DNA of 64,000 bases from an uncultured Hyphomicrobiales bacterium (GTDB taxonomy: Bacteria; Pseudomonadota; Alphaproteobacteria; Rhizobiales; Xanthobacteraceae): contig CAYWNY010000003.1 in the NCBI GenBank assembly GCA_964459765.1, positions 12,861 through 76,860 on the forward strand, read 5' to 3'. The notes beneath the pieces were generated by a model, which saw nothing but the letters and a program-made list of their open reading frames with translations, searched no databases and was not told the DNA's origin. Of the stretch, positions 38,436 to 46,635 are shown piece after piece. Numbering within the stretch: position 1 is the stretch's first letter; each line of letters begins with the position of its first letter. Both the position numbers and the translations under genes were made by a program.

Positions 38436-40357
38436 ATGAAGTTACCAGCGATTTCGCGTTTGGCGCACCACCGCAACGTCGGGCTTTCGAAAGGCAGCTT
38501 GGCGTTGATTACGGCGATCGTTCTATTGACCTGCGTGGCCGCAGCAGCGGCGGTCGTTTTGATGTTTCGTTCGGCGGAAGCCAACGACTGGGTCAATCAC
38601 ACATTCGATGTCCAGCGGGAGGCTCGGAGTCTCCTCAACGACGTCTTGAGCACCGACACGGCGTGCGTGGTTATTTGCTGACCCGGGACAAGACGTACCT
38701 GGAGCCGTACAATTCGGCAAATTCCGGACAATCCGACAGCCTCCAGAATCTATTCGAACTCACCGCAGACAATCCATCGCAGCAGCGGCGTCTTGAGGGG
38801 ATACGCGCTTCGCTGTCGCGTTTGCGCGCGTTGTTCGAGCAGATGATCGCGACGGCCTCCGACCCGAATAACCCGTCGAGCACGCTCGAATTAACCAGCC
38901 TGCAGGCGACCAAATCCCTGATGGACGAGACGCGCGCCGATCTCGACCAGCTCGTCGATGCCGAGCAGAAGCTATTGACCGCGCGCCAGTCGACGGCCGC
39001 GTACCTACAGCGGGCGCTTGCCATCGCCGTGATTGCGGCCCTCGCCGCGGCATTAGTCCTCGCCATCATTCTCGGACGCATCACCGCGCTATACATCGAA
39101 CATCTCGATTTGCGAACGGCCGAGCTGGAAAACGAAAATCGTCTTCGTATGCAGGCTGAGGCGGCCTTGGTGCAGTCGCAAAAGATGGACGCCATCGGAC
39201 AATTGACCGGCGGCATCGCCCACGATTTCAACAACATGCTCACGGTGGTGATCGGCAGCCTCGACGCCATCGCCCGCCGGCTGGCGCGGCGGCAAACCGG
39301 GGGTGGCGACGACGGAGAGTTCATCGCGTCAATGCAAAGATCGGTGGAACTGGCGACGCAAGGCGCGGAAAAGGCAGCTCAGCTAACCCATCGTTTGCTC
39401 GCCTTCGCCAGGCGACAACCGCTGGCGCCGAAGCCGACCGACCTGAACCTTGTTATCAGGGACAGGATCGATCTGCTGCGGCGGACGATCGGAGAGGCAG
39501 TGGACCTAGAGACGGTCTTCGGTGGGGGGCTGTGGCTCACGTCCGTTGATCAGAATCAGTTGGAAAACGTGCTGGTCAATCTTGTTATTAACGCGCGTGA
39601 CGCAATGCCGGAAGGAGGCAAGCTTACGGTCGAAACGGCGAATGCGCATCTCGACGACACTTACGTGCGCCAATTCGGCGACGTCGCCGCCGGGCAGTAC
39701 GTTCTGCTTAGCGTCACCGACACCGGAGTGGGAATGACGAACGACTTGCTGCAACGCGTATTCGAGCCGTTTTTTACAACTAAAAAAGGCGGAACGGGCT
39801 CGGGACTGGGCCTTCCCATGGTCCATGGCTTCGTAAAACAGTCTGGAGGGCACATCCGTATCTATAGCGAAATCGGTCAGGGCACGGCCGTGAAATTATA
39901 TTTGCCGCGCAACTTGCAGTTGGGAGTGACGGCGACGCCCGCCGCCCGGCCGTTGACGGCAGAACCGATGCCGCGCGCGGATCGCGATGAAGCGATCCTG
40001 GTCGTGGAAGACAGTCACGAAGTGCGGCAATTCGCGAAAACCATCCTTGAGGATTTGGGCTATGCCGTCGTGGCCGTCGTCGACGGCCTAGAGGCTGTCC
40101 GCACGGTTCGCTCGGGGGCAAGATTCGATCTGTTGTTCACCGACGTGGTTCTGTCCGTTTCGCTCAATGGCAGGGAGCTGGCGCAGCTGCTTCGCGAAGG
40201 TCGGCCTGACTTGCCGGTTCTGTACACCACCGGATACACCCGAAACGCCATTGTTCATAACGGCCGGCTTGATGCCGATGTCGATTTTATTCAGAAACCC
40301 TATTCGCAGCGCGACCTCGCGCTGAAGCTGAGAGAGCTTCTCGATCGCCCAATCTAA
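38436..40357 (+). pseudogene. Hybrid sensor histidine kinase (CHASE3 - HisKA - HATPase - receiver), one frameshift
   Basis: The N-terminal TM and CHASE3 start (MKLPAISRL...WVNHTFDVQREARSLLNDVLSTDTA) is in track ORF 38343..38681. The continuation VRGYLLTRDKTYLEPY... with H-box HDFNNML, the HATPase and the receiver (ILVVEDSHEV...) is in ORF 38303..40357. The length is 3n-1, and the break is near 38660 (ACG-GCG where ACG-GGC is expected). Confidence 0.8.
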
Positions 40358-40364
40358 TGGCGGG

Positions 40365-41480
40365 CTACTTCGTCGCCGAATCCCAGTCGGCAAAGCCCGG
40401 TTCTTCGACGCGCGCGACATGCTGGTAAACGGTTGTGGCGATGAGAAGGATCGGCGTAGCCAAAAGCGTTCCGAGCGGTCCCCACAGCCAGGTCCAAAAC
40501 GCAATCGAGAGAAATATCGCCAACGGGCTGAGCGTCAATCGGCGACCGATCACGCTCGGCGTGATGAACTGGCCCTCAAGCGTGTTGACGGCCACGATCA
40601 GCGCCGGCGCCAGCAACGCCTGGGCCAATGTCGGGAGCACGACCAACCCGACCACGAACACCAGCGTGACCACGGCGGCCGGTCCCAAATACGGTACGTA
40701 ATTGAACAAGAACGCGGCGGCGCCAAATAGCAGCGGATTCGGCAGGCCAACCAGATAGGCGACGGCGGCGGTAACCAAGCCGACGCAGAGGTTGATGACC
40801 GTGACCACCGCGACATATTGCGCCAGGTTTTGCTCGATGGCCGTGAACAACCGCAGCGCCGTCAACCGCGCCTCCGATCTTTCGAACAGCAACGCAACGA
40901 AATGTCTCTGGCTTTTCAGCGATAGCAGGAAAAAGAACAAGCCGACGAAAAACAAAATGACGCCGCCCAAAGCCGGGGTCAGAAATTGAACCAGAAAACC
41001 TATCGTGCTGCTCGTCGACGGCTCTATTCGCAGCGACGTCGCCGAGCCACTGCCCAACATGGTCGCGAAGCCGTTCTGCACACCCTGAATTGTCGCGATC
41101 AGCGGTTGGAGAAAGGCAGCCTTGCTCTTCAAGGCAGCGCCGATTTCCGGAATCCTGCCCGCGCCGTAGCTCAAGGCATCACCGAGCACGACAAACAAGG
41201 CGTTGAGCGCGACCAGCACCAAACCTAGGCAAGCGAGCACAAACAGCGGGCGTGGAACGCGGTAGCGCTCGGCGAGCGCCGCCAGCGGCCCGAACATATT
41301 GGCGACGATGGCGGCAGCGACAATCGGCGCGATTACGGCGCGGGCAAAATAAAGCAGAGCGCACAACAGCAGACAAAAAATGCCGATTGTCGCAACCCGG
41401 GAGGTGTTAACGAGCAAGTTGCCGCGGCCGGACATCGGCACGGACACGGGCACTGGCTCCAACGTACGCAAGCGCTGCAT
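40365..41480 (-). CDS. AI-2E family transporter (PerM/UPF0118)
   Basis: The ATG at 41480 gives MQRLRT.... It has about 8 TM helices and a conserved C-terminal block (FLFNYVPYLGP...EGQFITPSVIGRRLTLSPLAIFLSIAFWTWLWGPLG). Confidence 0.88.
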   Translation of the reverse strand: MQRLRTLEPVPVSVPMSGRGNLLVNTSRVATIGIFCLLLCALLYFARAVIAPIVAAAIVANMFGPLAALAERYRVPRPLFVLACLGLVLVALNALFVVLGDALSYGAGRIPEIGAALKSKAAFLQPLIATIQGVQNGFATMLGSGSATSLRIEPSTSSTIGFLVQFLTPALGGVILFFVGLFFFLLSLKSQRHFVALLFERSEARLTALRLFTAIEQNLAQYVAVVTVINLCVGLVTAAVAYLVGLPNPLLFGAAAFLFNYVPYLGPAAVVTLVFVVGLVVLPTLAQALLAPALIVAVNTLEGQFITPSVIGRRLTLSPLAIFLSIAFWTWLWGPLGTLLATPILLIATTVYQHVARVEEPGFADWDSATK

Positions 41481-41659
41481 ATGATATCCCCCGGCGCCGA
41501 CTGCCTCCAAACATCATCCTTCTGACAAGGAAGTGACCGGCGACTGTTATTAGAACGAGCGATGTTCGATTCGGTTTCAGACCGGCCGGCGGCCGGCCTC
41601 ACTTGTGCGTTATCGCCGACACATTTGCAGATTAGTTGCAATCGAATTGGGCCCGCGCG

Positions 41660-42049
41660 TCAGAGCCCATCGGTCGCGATGCCGAACGCGACTAGCGACG
41701 CGCGCAGCGTCGAGAACTGATAGGGCTTGGAAAGGACGGAGAGCTTCTCATAACGAGCGAGCTCGGCTGCGGCCGTCTCGGCAGACTGTCCGGATGCGAC
41801 GATGATCGGCAGATCGCGCCGCATTTGCTTAAGCTCGACGACTAAGTCGGCTCCGTCGCGGTCCGGCAGACCGAGATCGACGATCGCGATCTCGAAGTCC
41901 GAAATCTCGGCCGCCGCCAACGCCAATGCCCGCGAAGCCGACGGCGCTTCCGCAACCTCGAAACCCATTTCACGCAGAGCGTCCGCGGCAAACATCGCCA
42001 CGAGCGCTTCGTCCTCCACCAAAAGGGCGTATGGGCATCCGTTGCGCAT
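41660..42049 (-). CDS. Single-domain response regulator (receiver only)
   Basis: The sequence runs MRNGCPYALLVEDEALVAMF...AIVDLGLPDRDGADL...SKPY and is 129 aa. An exact EcfG promoter lies about 115 nt upstream. Confidence 0.85.
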   Translation of the reverse strand: MRNGCPYALLVEDEALVAMFAADALREMGFEVAEAPSASRALALAAAEISDFEIAIVDLGLPDRDGADLVVELKQMRRDLPIIVASGQSAETAAAELARYEKLSVLSKPYQFSTLRASLVAFGIATDGL

Positions 42050-42169
42050 GAGACCACATGAAAGGTTTGACGAACCGCGCATTCTCCACCGGACGTCGTA
42101 TAAAGACCAGCGCGCTCACGAAGCCGAGACCGGAGACGGCAGGATTCGGCCGCTGTCGAGCCTTGGGAA

Positions 42170-42194
42170 AACGCCTAAAGTTCCGCTCGGTTCC
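42170..42194 (-). promoter_or_regulatory. EcfG-type general-stress promoter (minus strand) GGAAC-N16-CGTT
   Basis: The plus strand reads AACG (42170-42173), N16, GTTCC (42190-42194). It faces the receiver gene 41660..42049. Confidence 0.65.
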
Positions 42195-42218
42195 GGGTCG
42201 CAAATCAGCGCGCGGACC

Positions 42219-42244
42219 GGAACCAAGGCGCCGGCCGGCGCGTT
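42219..42244 (+). promoter_or_regulatory. EcfG-type general-stress promoter GGAAC-N17-CGTT
   Basis: GGAAC (42219-42223), then CAAGGCGCCGGCCGGCG, then CGTT (42241-42244). It sits back-to-back with the minus-strand promoter 25 nt away. Confidence 0.7.
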
Positions 42245-42249
42245 GAGCC

Positions 42250-42333
42250 ATTGTCCGACTGCACCTCCCCCCTCGCCCCCCGTGCGCAGTCGGGAAGAGA
42301 GGCGCTGCCTGCAGGCAGCGCCTCTTTGTCTTT
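42250..42333 (+). ncRNA. Candidate EcfG-dependent small RNA with C-rich loop (GsrN-like), copy 1
   Basis: The unit starts about 6-8 nt after the promoter -10. Stem CCGACTGC (42255-42262) pairs with GCAGTCGG (42286-42293) around the 23-nt loop ACCTCCCCCCTCGCCCCCCGTGC. A 12-bp terminator hairpin AGAGGCGCTGCC-TGCA-GGCAGCGCCTCT (42298-42325) and TTGTCTTT follow. The only ORF across it is the non-native N-terminal extension of track ORF 42251..42622, whose real product is CsbD from ATG 42422. Confidence 0.5.
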
Positions 42334-42421
42334 GGCGGCGGCCCGTTGCGCAACTCGGAACCCCTCGCGCATCCCGTTGTTTAAACCGGGTGAAGGCAAC
42401 TTTACCCGGGGACAAAAGACC

Positions 42422-42622
42422 ATGAACTGGGATCGCATCGAAGGAAATTGGAAGCAGTTGAAGGGTCGCGCGCAGCAAAAGTGGGGCAAGCTCACCGACG
42501 ATGACATCAACGTCATCGAGGGCAACCGCACCGAGCTGTCCGGGCGCCTGCAAAATCGTTACGGCATCGCCAAGGATGAAGCCGAACGTCAGATCGACAC
42601 GTGGATGAAATCCATCGGCTGA
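42422..42622 (+). CDS. CsbD-family general stress protein
   Basis: MNWDRIEGNWKQLKGRAQQKWGKLTDDDINVIEGNRTELSGRLQNRYGIAKDEAERQID is a canonical CsbD repeat pattern. The product is 66 aa. Confidence 0.92.
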   Translation: MNWDRIEGNWKQLKGRAQQKWGKLTDDDINVIEGNRTELSGRLQNRYGIAKDEAERQIDTWMKSIG

Positions 42623-42663
42623 CGCCAAAGCCAACAGGATCGAAGCAAAGCGGCGTCGCGCCG

Positions 42664-43464
42664 TTATGCCGTGGCGCGACGCTTCTTGTTGCTGGCATTC
42701 TGTTCGAAAAAGAGGACCTGACTTATCAGCGCCGACACCGCGGCGGGCTGATAAGGCTTGGCGATCAGGAACGCGGGCTCCGGTCGCTCGCCGGTCAGAA
42801 ACCGCTCCGGATAAGCGGTAATGAAGATAACCGGCACCTCAAAACGATGGAGCATCTCGTTGACGGCATCGAGGCCGGAACTGCCGTCCGCCAACTGGAT
42901 ATCGGCGAGGATCAGGCCCGGGCGTTTTTGCGCCGCCAATTTCAACGCGTCATTTCTCGTACGCGCCACGCCTACAACGCGGTGACCCAGGCTTTCAGCC
43001 AGTGACTCGAGATCAAGGGAGATAAGAGCTTCGTCCTCGATGATGAGCACATCGGTCGCGATCTGATCGGCAAGCTCGCGGCCGAACTGATCGATGAGCG
43101 CGCGCAGCGTGGTGACGTCAACGTCGAGGATACGGGTGGCCGACTCTTCTCCGAACATTTCCAGCGAAGTCAGCAAAAACGCCTGCCTCGGCAGCGCGCT
43201 GATTTGCGCAAGACGCCGCTCAGGCGGAAAGGTAGCGGCGTCACGGGCCTCCGCATTGAGCGGAACCGAATTCCAGATCCGCGTGAAAGTGCGGAACATG
43301 TCCACGCGAGTGTCGCCGTCTGCACTGACGAGGGTAGGCTGTTTGACCACGGCTTCCAGCGTGGCCGCTACGTAGGCATCGCCGGATTCCTGACTGCCGG
43401 TCAGCGCTCTGGCGTAACGGCGCAGGGCTGGAAGATGGCCTCTAACCGACTGAGCTAATTGCAT
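42664..43464 (-). CDS. phyR: Anti-anti-sigma response regulator PhyR (sigma-like domain + receiver)
   Basis: 266 aa. The N-terminal ECF-sigma-like region (LPALRRYARALTGSQESGDAYVAATLE...LPRQAFLLTSLEMF) is followed by a receiver (VLIIEDEALI...ILADIQLADGSSG...KPY). It is divergent from nepR. Confidence 0.95.
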   Translation of the reverse strand: MQLAQSVRGHLPALRRYARALTGSQESGDAYVAATLEAVVKQPTLVSADGDTRVDMFRTFTRIWNSVPLNAEARDAATFPPERRLAQISALPRQAFLLTSLEMFGEESATRILDVDVTTLRALIDQFGRELADQIATDVLIIEDEALISLDLESLAESLGHRVVGVARTRNDALKLAAQKRPGLILADIQLADGSSGLDAVNEMLHRFEVPVIFITAYPERFLTGERPEPAFLIAKPYQPAAVSALISQVLFFEQNASNKKRRATA

Positions 43465-43509
43465 AAAAATTGCCTCCCGCTAGGCCCAATAAAACGCATC
43501 CGCGAATTT

Positions 43510-43534
43510 AACGCCTCCGTTGAAAAAAAGTTCC
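43510..43534 (-). promoter_or_regulatory. EcfG-type promoter of phyR (minus strand) GGAAC-N16-CGTT
   Basis: The plus strand reads AACG (43510-43513), then CCTCCGTTGAAAAAAA, then GTTCC (43530-43534). It lies about 45 nt upstream of the phyR ATG at 43464. Confidence 0.75.
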
Positions 43535-43603
43535 GGTGCCGGAGGAACTATTTGTTTTGGCTGGCTTTCTCCAATACCCAGAAACAAGTATAAGCCATAT
43601 GCC

Positions 43604-43831
43604 ATGGCAGACCAGGGGGAGTTGTTGAAGAAGCCGCAAAGGCGTGCCGCGATCGCACAAGCGGCCGTCCGGGACGCGAAGGGGCGCTTGGGGCCGGAAA
43701 TTCAAAATAAGATCGGTCAACATTTGCGTGGCCTCTATTCCGACATCGTCGACCAAGGCGTGCCCAACCGTTTCGCGGAGCTTTTACGCGACTTGGACGA
43801 TTCGGACCTGGACAAGCCGAAGCCGGAATAG
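43604..43831 (+). CDS. nepR: Anti-sigma factor NepR
   Basis: The ATG at 43604 gives a 75-aa product with the NepR core IGQHLRGLYSDIVDQGVPNRFAELLRDL. It is divergent from phyR. Confidence 0.88.
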   Translation: MADQGELLKKPQRRAAIAQAAVRDAKGRLGPEIQNKIGQHLRGLYSDIVDQGVPNRFAELLRDLDDSDLDKPKPE

Positions 43832-43939
43832 CCGTCGAGTACCCGGCTCTTGCCGGGCCGTTGCGCGACCAGCAAAGCCGTCGGTGCTAGCCCGCGGTCG
43901 TTCGGCCGCCAGTTTATCGAAACGTCGATAAGCCCTGGC

Positions 43940-43964
43940 GGAACGAGTGGACCAATTGGCCGTT
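43940..43964 (+). promoter_or_regulatory. EcfG-type general-stress promoter GGAAC-N16-CGTT
   Basis: GGAAC (43940-43944), then GAGTGGACCAATTGGC, then CGTT (43961-43964). It lies about 285 nt upstream of the HWE kinase ATG at 44252. Confidence 0.65.
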
Positions 43965-44251
43965 TGACCCATAGAGAACCGATCACCACACCAGGCGGGG
44001 ACCTCAAGAATGCTCCGGCCTTTAAATCGGCTACCGACTGTCGCACCGGACTCGACCTCAAACGTTGACGCCTCTGTTGCTTTGCTTAGGCCAAATGATG
44101 GACGTCCGTGTGCCGCCGGGGCGCCCATTGTTTAATTTCGAAGCCTTTTTCGTCGCGAACCTTTCGCTCATTTAATGAGCGAACGGACGTCCCGTACGGC
44201 GACCATGCTACAATAAGAGGTGGCGGCACAGTCCGTAGTGGGGAGAGCACC

Positions 44252-45253
44252 ATGGCAAGCGATCTTCAACGGATTGAGGCAACAGCGTTGCTCGCGGCCA
44301 TCGTGAAATTTTCTCACGACGCCATCGTCAGCAAAGATTTGAACGGCATTGTGACGTCGTGGAACGCCGGAGCCGCCCGAATGTTCGGCTATGCCAGCGA
44401 GGAGATCGTCGGCCGCTCGATCCTGACGATCATACCGCCGGATCGCCACAGCGAAGAAAGCTATATTCTGGATCAGGCCAGGGCGGGAAAAACCATCGAG
44501 AACTACGACACCGTGCGGGTGCGCAAGGATGGCGGGCAATTGCACGTATCGCTGTGCATATCGCCGATACTGGGCGATGACGGAAGAATTCTCGGTATTT
44601 CTAAGATTGCGCGCGACATTACCGGCCTGAAGATCGCGCAGCAGACACAGAATCTTTTGCTGCGGGAGCTGAACCACCGTTCGAAAAATCTGCTGGCGGT
44701 TGCCGATGCCATCCTGCGGCAGACGGCCAAAAACACGCCGCCGCAAGAACTGGTCAGCCGGGTCAGCCGGCGATTCCAGGCGCTGTCGGTCAATCAGGAT
44801 CTGCTGATCGATAAAGATTGGCGGGGCGTCGAACTTGAACACGTCGTTCGGTCGCAGCTTGCCGCATTGATCGACGATGCCGGCGCGCGTCTAGCTGTCG
44901 GCGGTCCGACGATCGTCCTCACTCCAGCCGCGGCGCAGGCCATCGGGCTCGCCATTTTCGAACTCGCCAGCAATGCGCTCAAATTCGGCTCACTTTCGGC
45001 TCCGCACGGGCGTGTCGACGTCGATTGGCGCGTGTCGGGCGAAAGCCAAACCGAGGAGCTGGTCTTGAGCTGGCGGGAATCGGGCGGTCCGCGCATCAAA
45101 GCCCCCAAGCACAAAGGGTTCGGAAGCACCGTTATTGAGGGCATGGTCGCCCGCTCGCTGGTTGGCCGTGCGTCGGTCGACTACGCCCCCACCGGCATCG
45201 TGTGGCAGCTGGTCGCGCCGACGGCGTCATTGCTCGGCGCCGAAGTCGCTTAG
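44252..45253 (+). CDS. PAS-domain HWE/HisKA2-family histidine kinase (PhyK-like candidate)
   Basis: The ATG at 44252 has a GGGAGA RBS. The PAS domain (IVSKDLNGIVTSWNAGAARMFGY) is followed by the H-box ELNHRSKNLLAV typical of HWE/HisKA2 kinases and a degenerate ATPase (KHKGFGSTVI). The product is 333 aa. Confidence 0.85.
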   Translation: MASDLQRIEATALLAAIVKFSHDAIVSKDLNGIVTSWNAGAARMFGYASEEIVGRSILTIIPPDRHSEESYILDQARAGKTIENYDTVRVRKDGGQLHVSLCISPILGDDGRILGISKIARDITGLKIAQQTQNLLLRELNHRSKNLLAVADAILRQTAKNTPPQELVSRVSRRFQALSVNQDLLIDKDWRGVELEHVVRSQLAALIDDAGARLAVGGPTIVLTPAAAQAIGLAIFELASNALKFGSLSAPHGRVDVDWRVSGESQTEELVLSWRESGGPRIKAPKHKGFGSTVIEGMVARSLVGRASVDYAPTGIVWQLVAPTASLLGAEVA

Positions 45254-45296
45254 GCGTACTCCCGTTCATGAACGCGCATGCTGACGGCTCCTGGAG

Positions 45297-46064
45297 CTAT
45301 TCTGCTGCCTCGGCAATAGGGTAGACCCCGTGCAGAACTTTTTCGAAATGGTCCGCAACCGACGCGTTACAGCGGCATGCACGCGCCTTAAGCATGTCGG
45401 GCTTACGAACGACCAAAGCGCCGCGGCGCGTCTCCAAAATGCCGCCCGCCTTGAAGGTCTGGATGATGCGGCTGGCGTAGCTGCGTCCGACCCCCAATAA
45501 CGTCGCCAGTTGTTCCTGCGTAATTGGAACGACGTCATCGCCGGTTCGATCGAGCGCGGAGATGATCCATTTCGCCGTGCGCTGCTCGATGGAATGGATT
45601 GCGTTGCAGGCGGTCGACTGAAACACCTGCGCTAAGAGGCAGTCGGCGTAGCGGGCAAACAATGCCCGCAATGAGGGGGATTTTAACTTTGCAGCCTCGA
45701 GGTGGCGGATGCTAAGCCGTACAAACGGGCCTTTGCCCTTTGCCACGATCCTGCAATAGGCCGGCAGATTGCCGCAACTGACAATACCTCCGACCGCGCC
45801 CTCGCGGCCGACCAGTGTCACCTCCACATCGTTTCCGTCATCGCTGGTGACAAGGAATGCCGCCAGACTGGCGGCGCAAGGAAAGTAGACCACCTCGACA
45901 TCGTCGCCTGGATGATAAAGCAACGTATCGGCGGCGGCCTCCATGGCGACGAGGTTTGCGCCAAGAAGCTCATAATCCTCTTCGCGCAAGGCGTTCAGGA
46001 GGTTGTTGTTCGGGCGGTGGATCGCCGTAGTTTGCTGCCACCGCGAATATCGTGGCTCGTCCAA
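45297..46064 (-). CDS. Crp/Fnr-family transcriptional regulator
   Basis: 255 aa with a cNMP-binding-like barrel and the C-terminal HTH ITQEQLATLLGVGRSYASRIIQ. Confidence 0.82.
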   Translation of the reverse strand: MDEPRYSRWQQTTAIHRPNNNLLNALREEDYELLGANLVAMEAAADTLLYHPGDDVEVVYFPCAASLAAFLVTSDDGNDVEVTLVGREGAVGGIVSCGNLPAYCRIVAKGKGPFVRLSIRHLEAAKLKSPSLRALFARYADCLLAQVFQSTACNAIHSIEQRTAKWIISALDRTGDDVVPITQEQLATLLGVGRSYASRIIQTFKAGGILETRRGALVVRKPDMLKARACRCNASVADHFEKVLHGVYPIAEAAE

Positions 46065-46217
46065 GACGGTCTCACAATCAATTGAAACTACGAGGTGGGT
46101 CGCTTCTGTCCACTAGTGAACGGACAACACTCGCCCGTTGTGATTGGTTCCATTGTGTGGAACCCAAACCCTCAGGAGCCGCATCATGCGAACCACGAAA
46201 CCGAACGATGTTAAAAT

Positions 46218-46616
46218 TTGATCCTCGCGGGCGGCGCCGGATTTTGTCTCGTGACCGAAGAACCTGAGATACCAAGGGACGTGCTGCTCGTTGAAGACAA
46301 CGCCCTTATTGCGCTCAATACCGAGGACATGCTGAGGGAAATCGGTGTCGTCAGTGTTCGTGTTGCCGGCACCGTCGCTTTGGCATTAGCGGCGATTGAA
46401 GAGGAAGGGTTGCCGAATTTTGCGCTTTTGGATGTCTATCTAGGCGGCGAAAGCGCCGTGGAGATTGCTTATCGCCTGTTCAAAGAAGGTGTGCCGTTCG
46501 CATTCGCCACCGGAATTGGCGGAGCCGCCGATCTTCCCGCGAAGTTCGCCCAGGTACGGATATTGCGAAAGCCCTATACCATCGACATGCTACGGACGGC
46601 GTTGTTGGAGCATTGA
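46218..46616 (+). CDS. Single-domain response regulator of the PFxFATG (FAT GUY, SdrG-like) family
   Basis: The receiver runs VLLVEDNALIAL...ALLDVYLGGES...VPFAFATGIG...LRKPY. The PFAFATG motif matches the PFXFATG[G/Y] signature described for SdrG. The start codon is uncertain. Confidence 0.8.
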   Translation: MILAGGAGFCLVTEEPEIPRDVLLVEDNALIALNTEDMLREIGVVSVRVAGTVALALAAIEEEGLPNFALLDVYLGGESAVEIAYRLFKEGVPFAFATGIGGAADLPAKFAQVRILRKPYTIDMLRTALLEH

Positions 46617-46635
46617 GCCGTAGCCGGCGCTGTGT

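Noticed and set aside
42357-42378. GGAAC followed by CGTT directly upstream of csbD.
   Set aside because: The spacing is only 13 nt, and at N16 the -10 reads TGTT. It does not fit the N16/17 EcfG geometry. csbD may instead be served by read-through from the 42219 promoter.
43544-43568. A plus-strand GGAAC upstream of nepR as the nepR promoter.
   Set aside because: The -10 position reads CTTT (N16) or TTTC (N17) rather than CGTT. It is plausible given the divergent phyR promoter, but the motif alone does not support it, so I did not list it as a feature.
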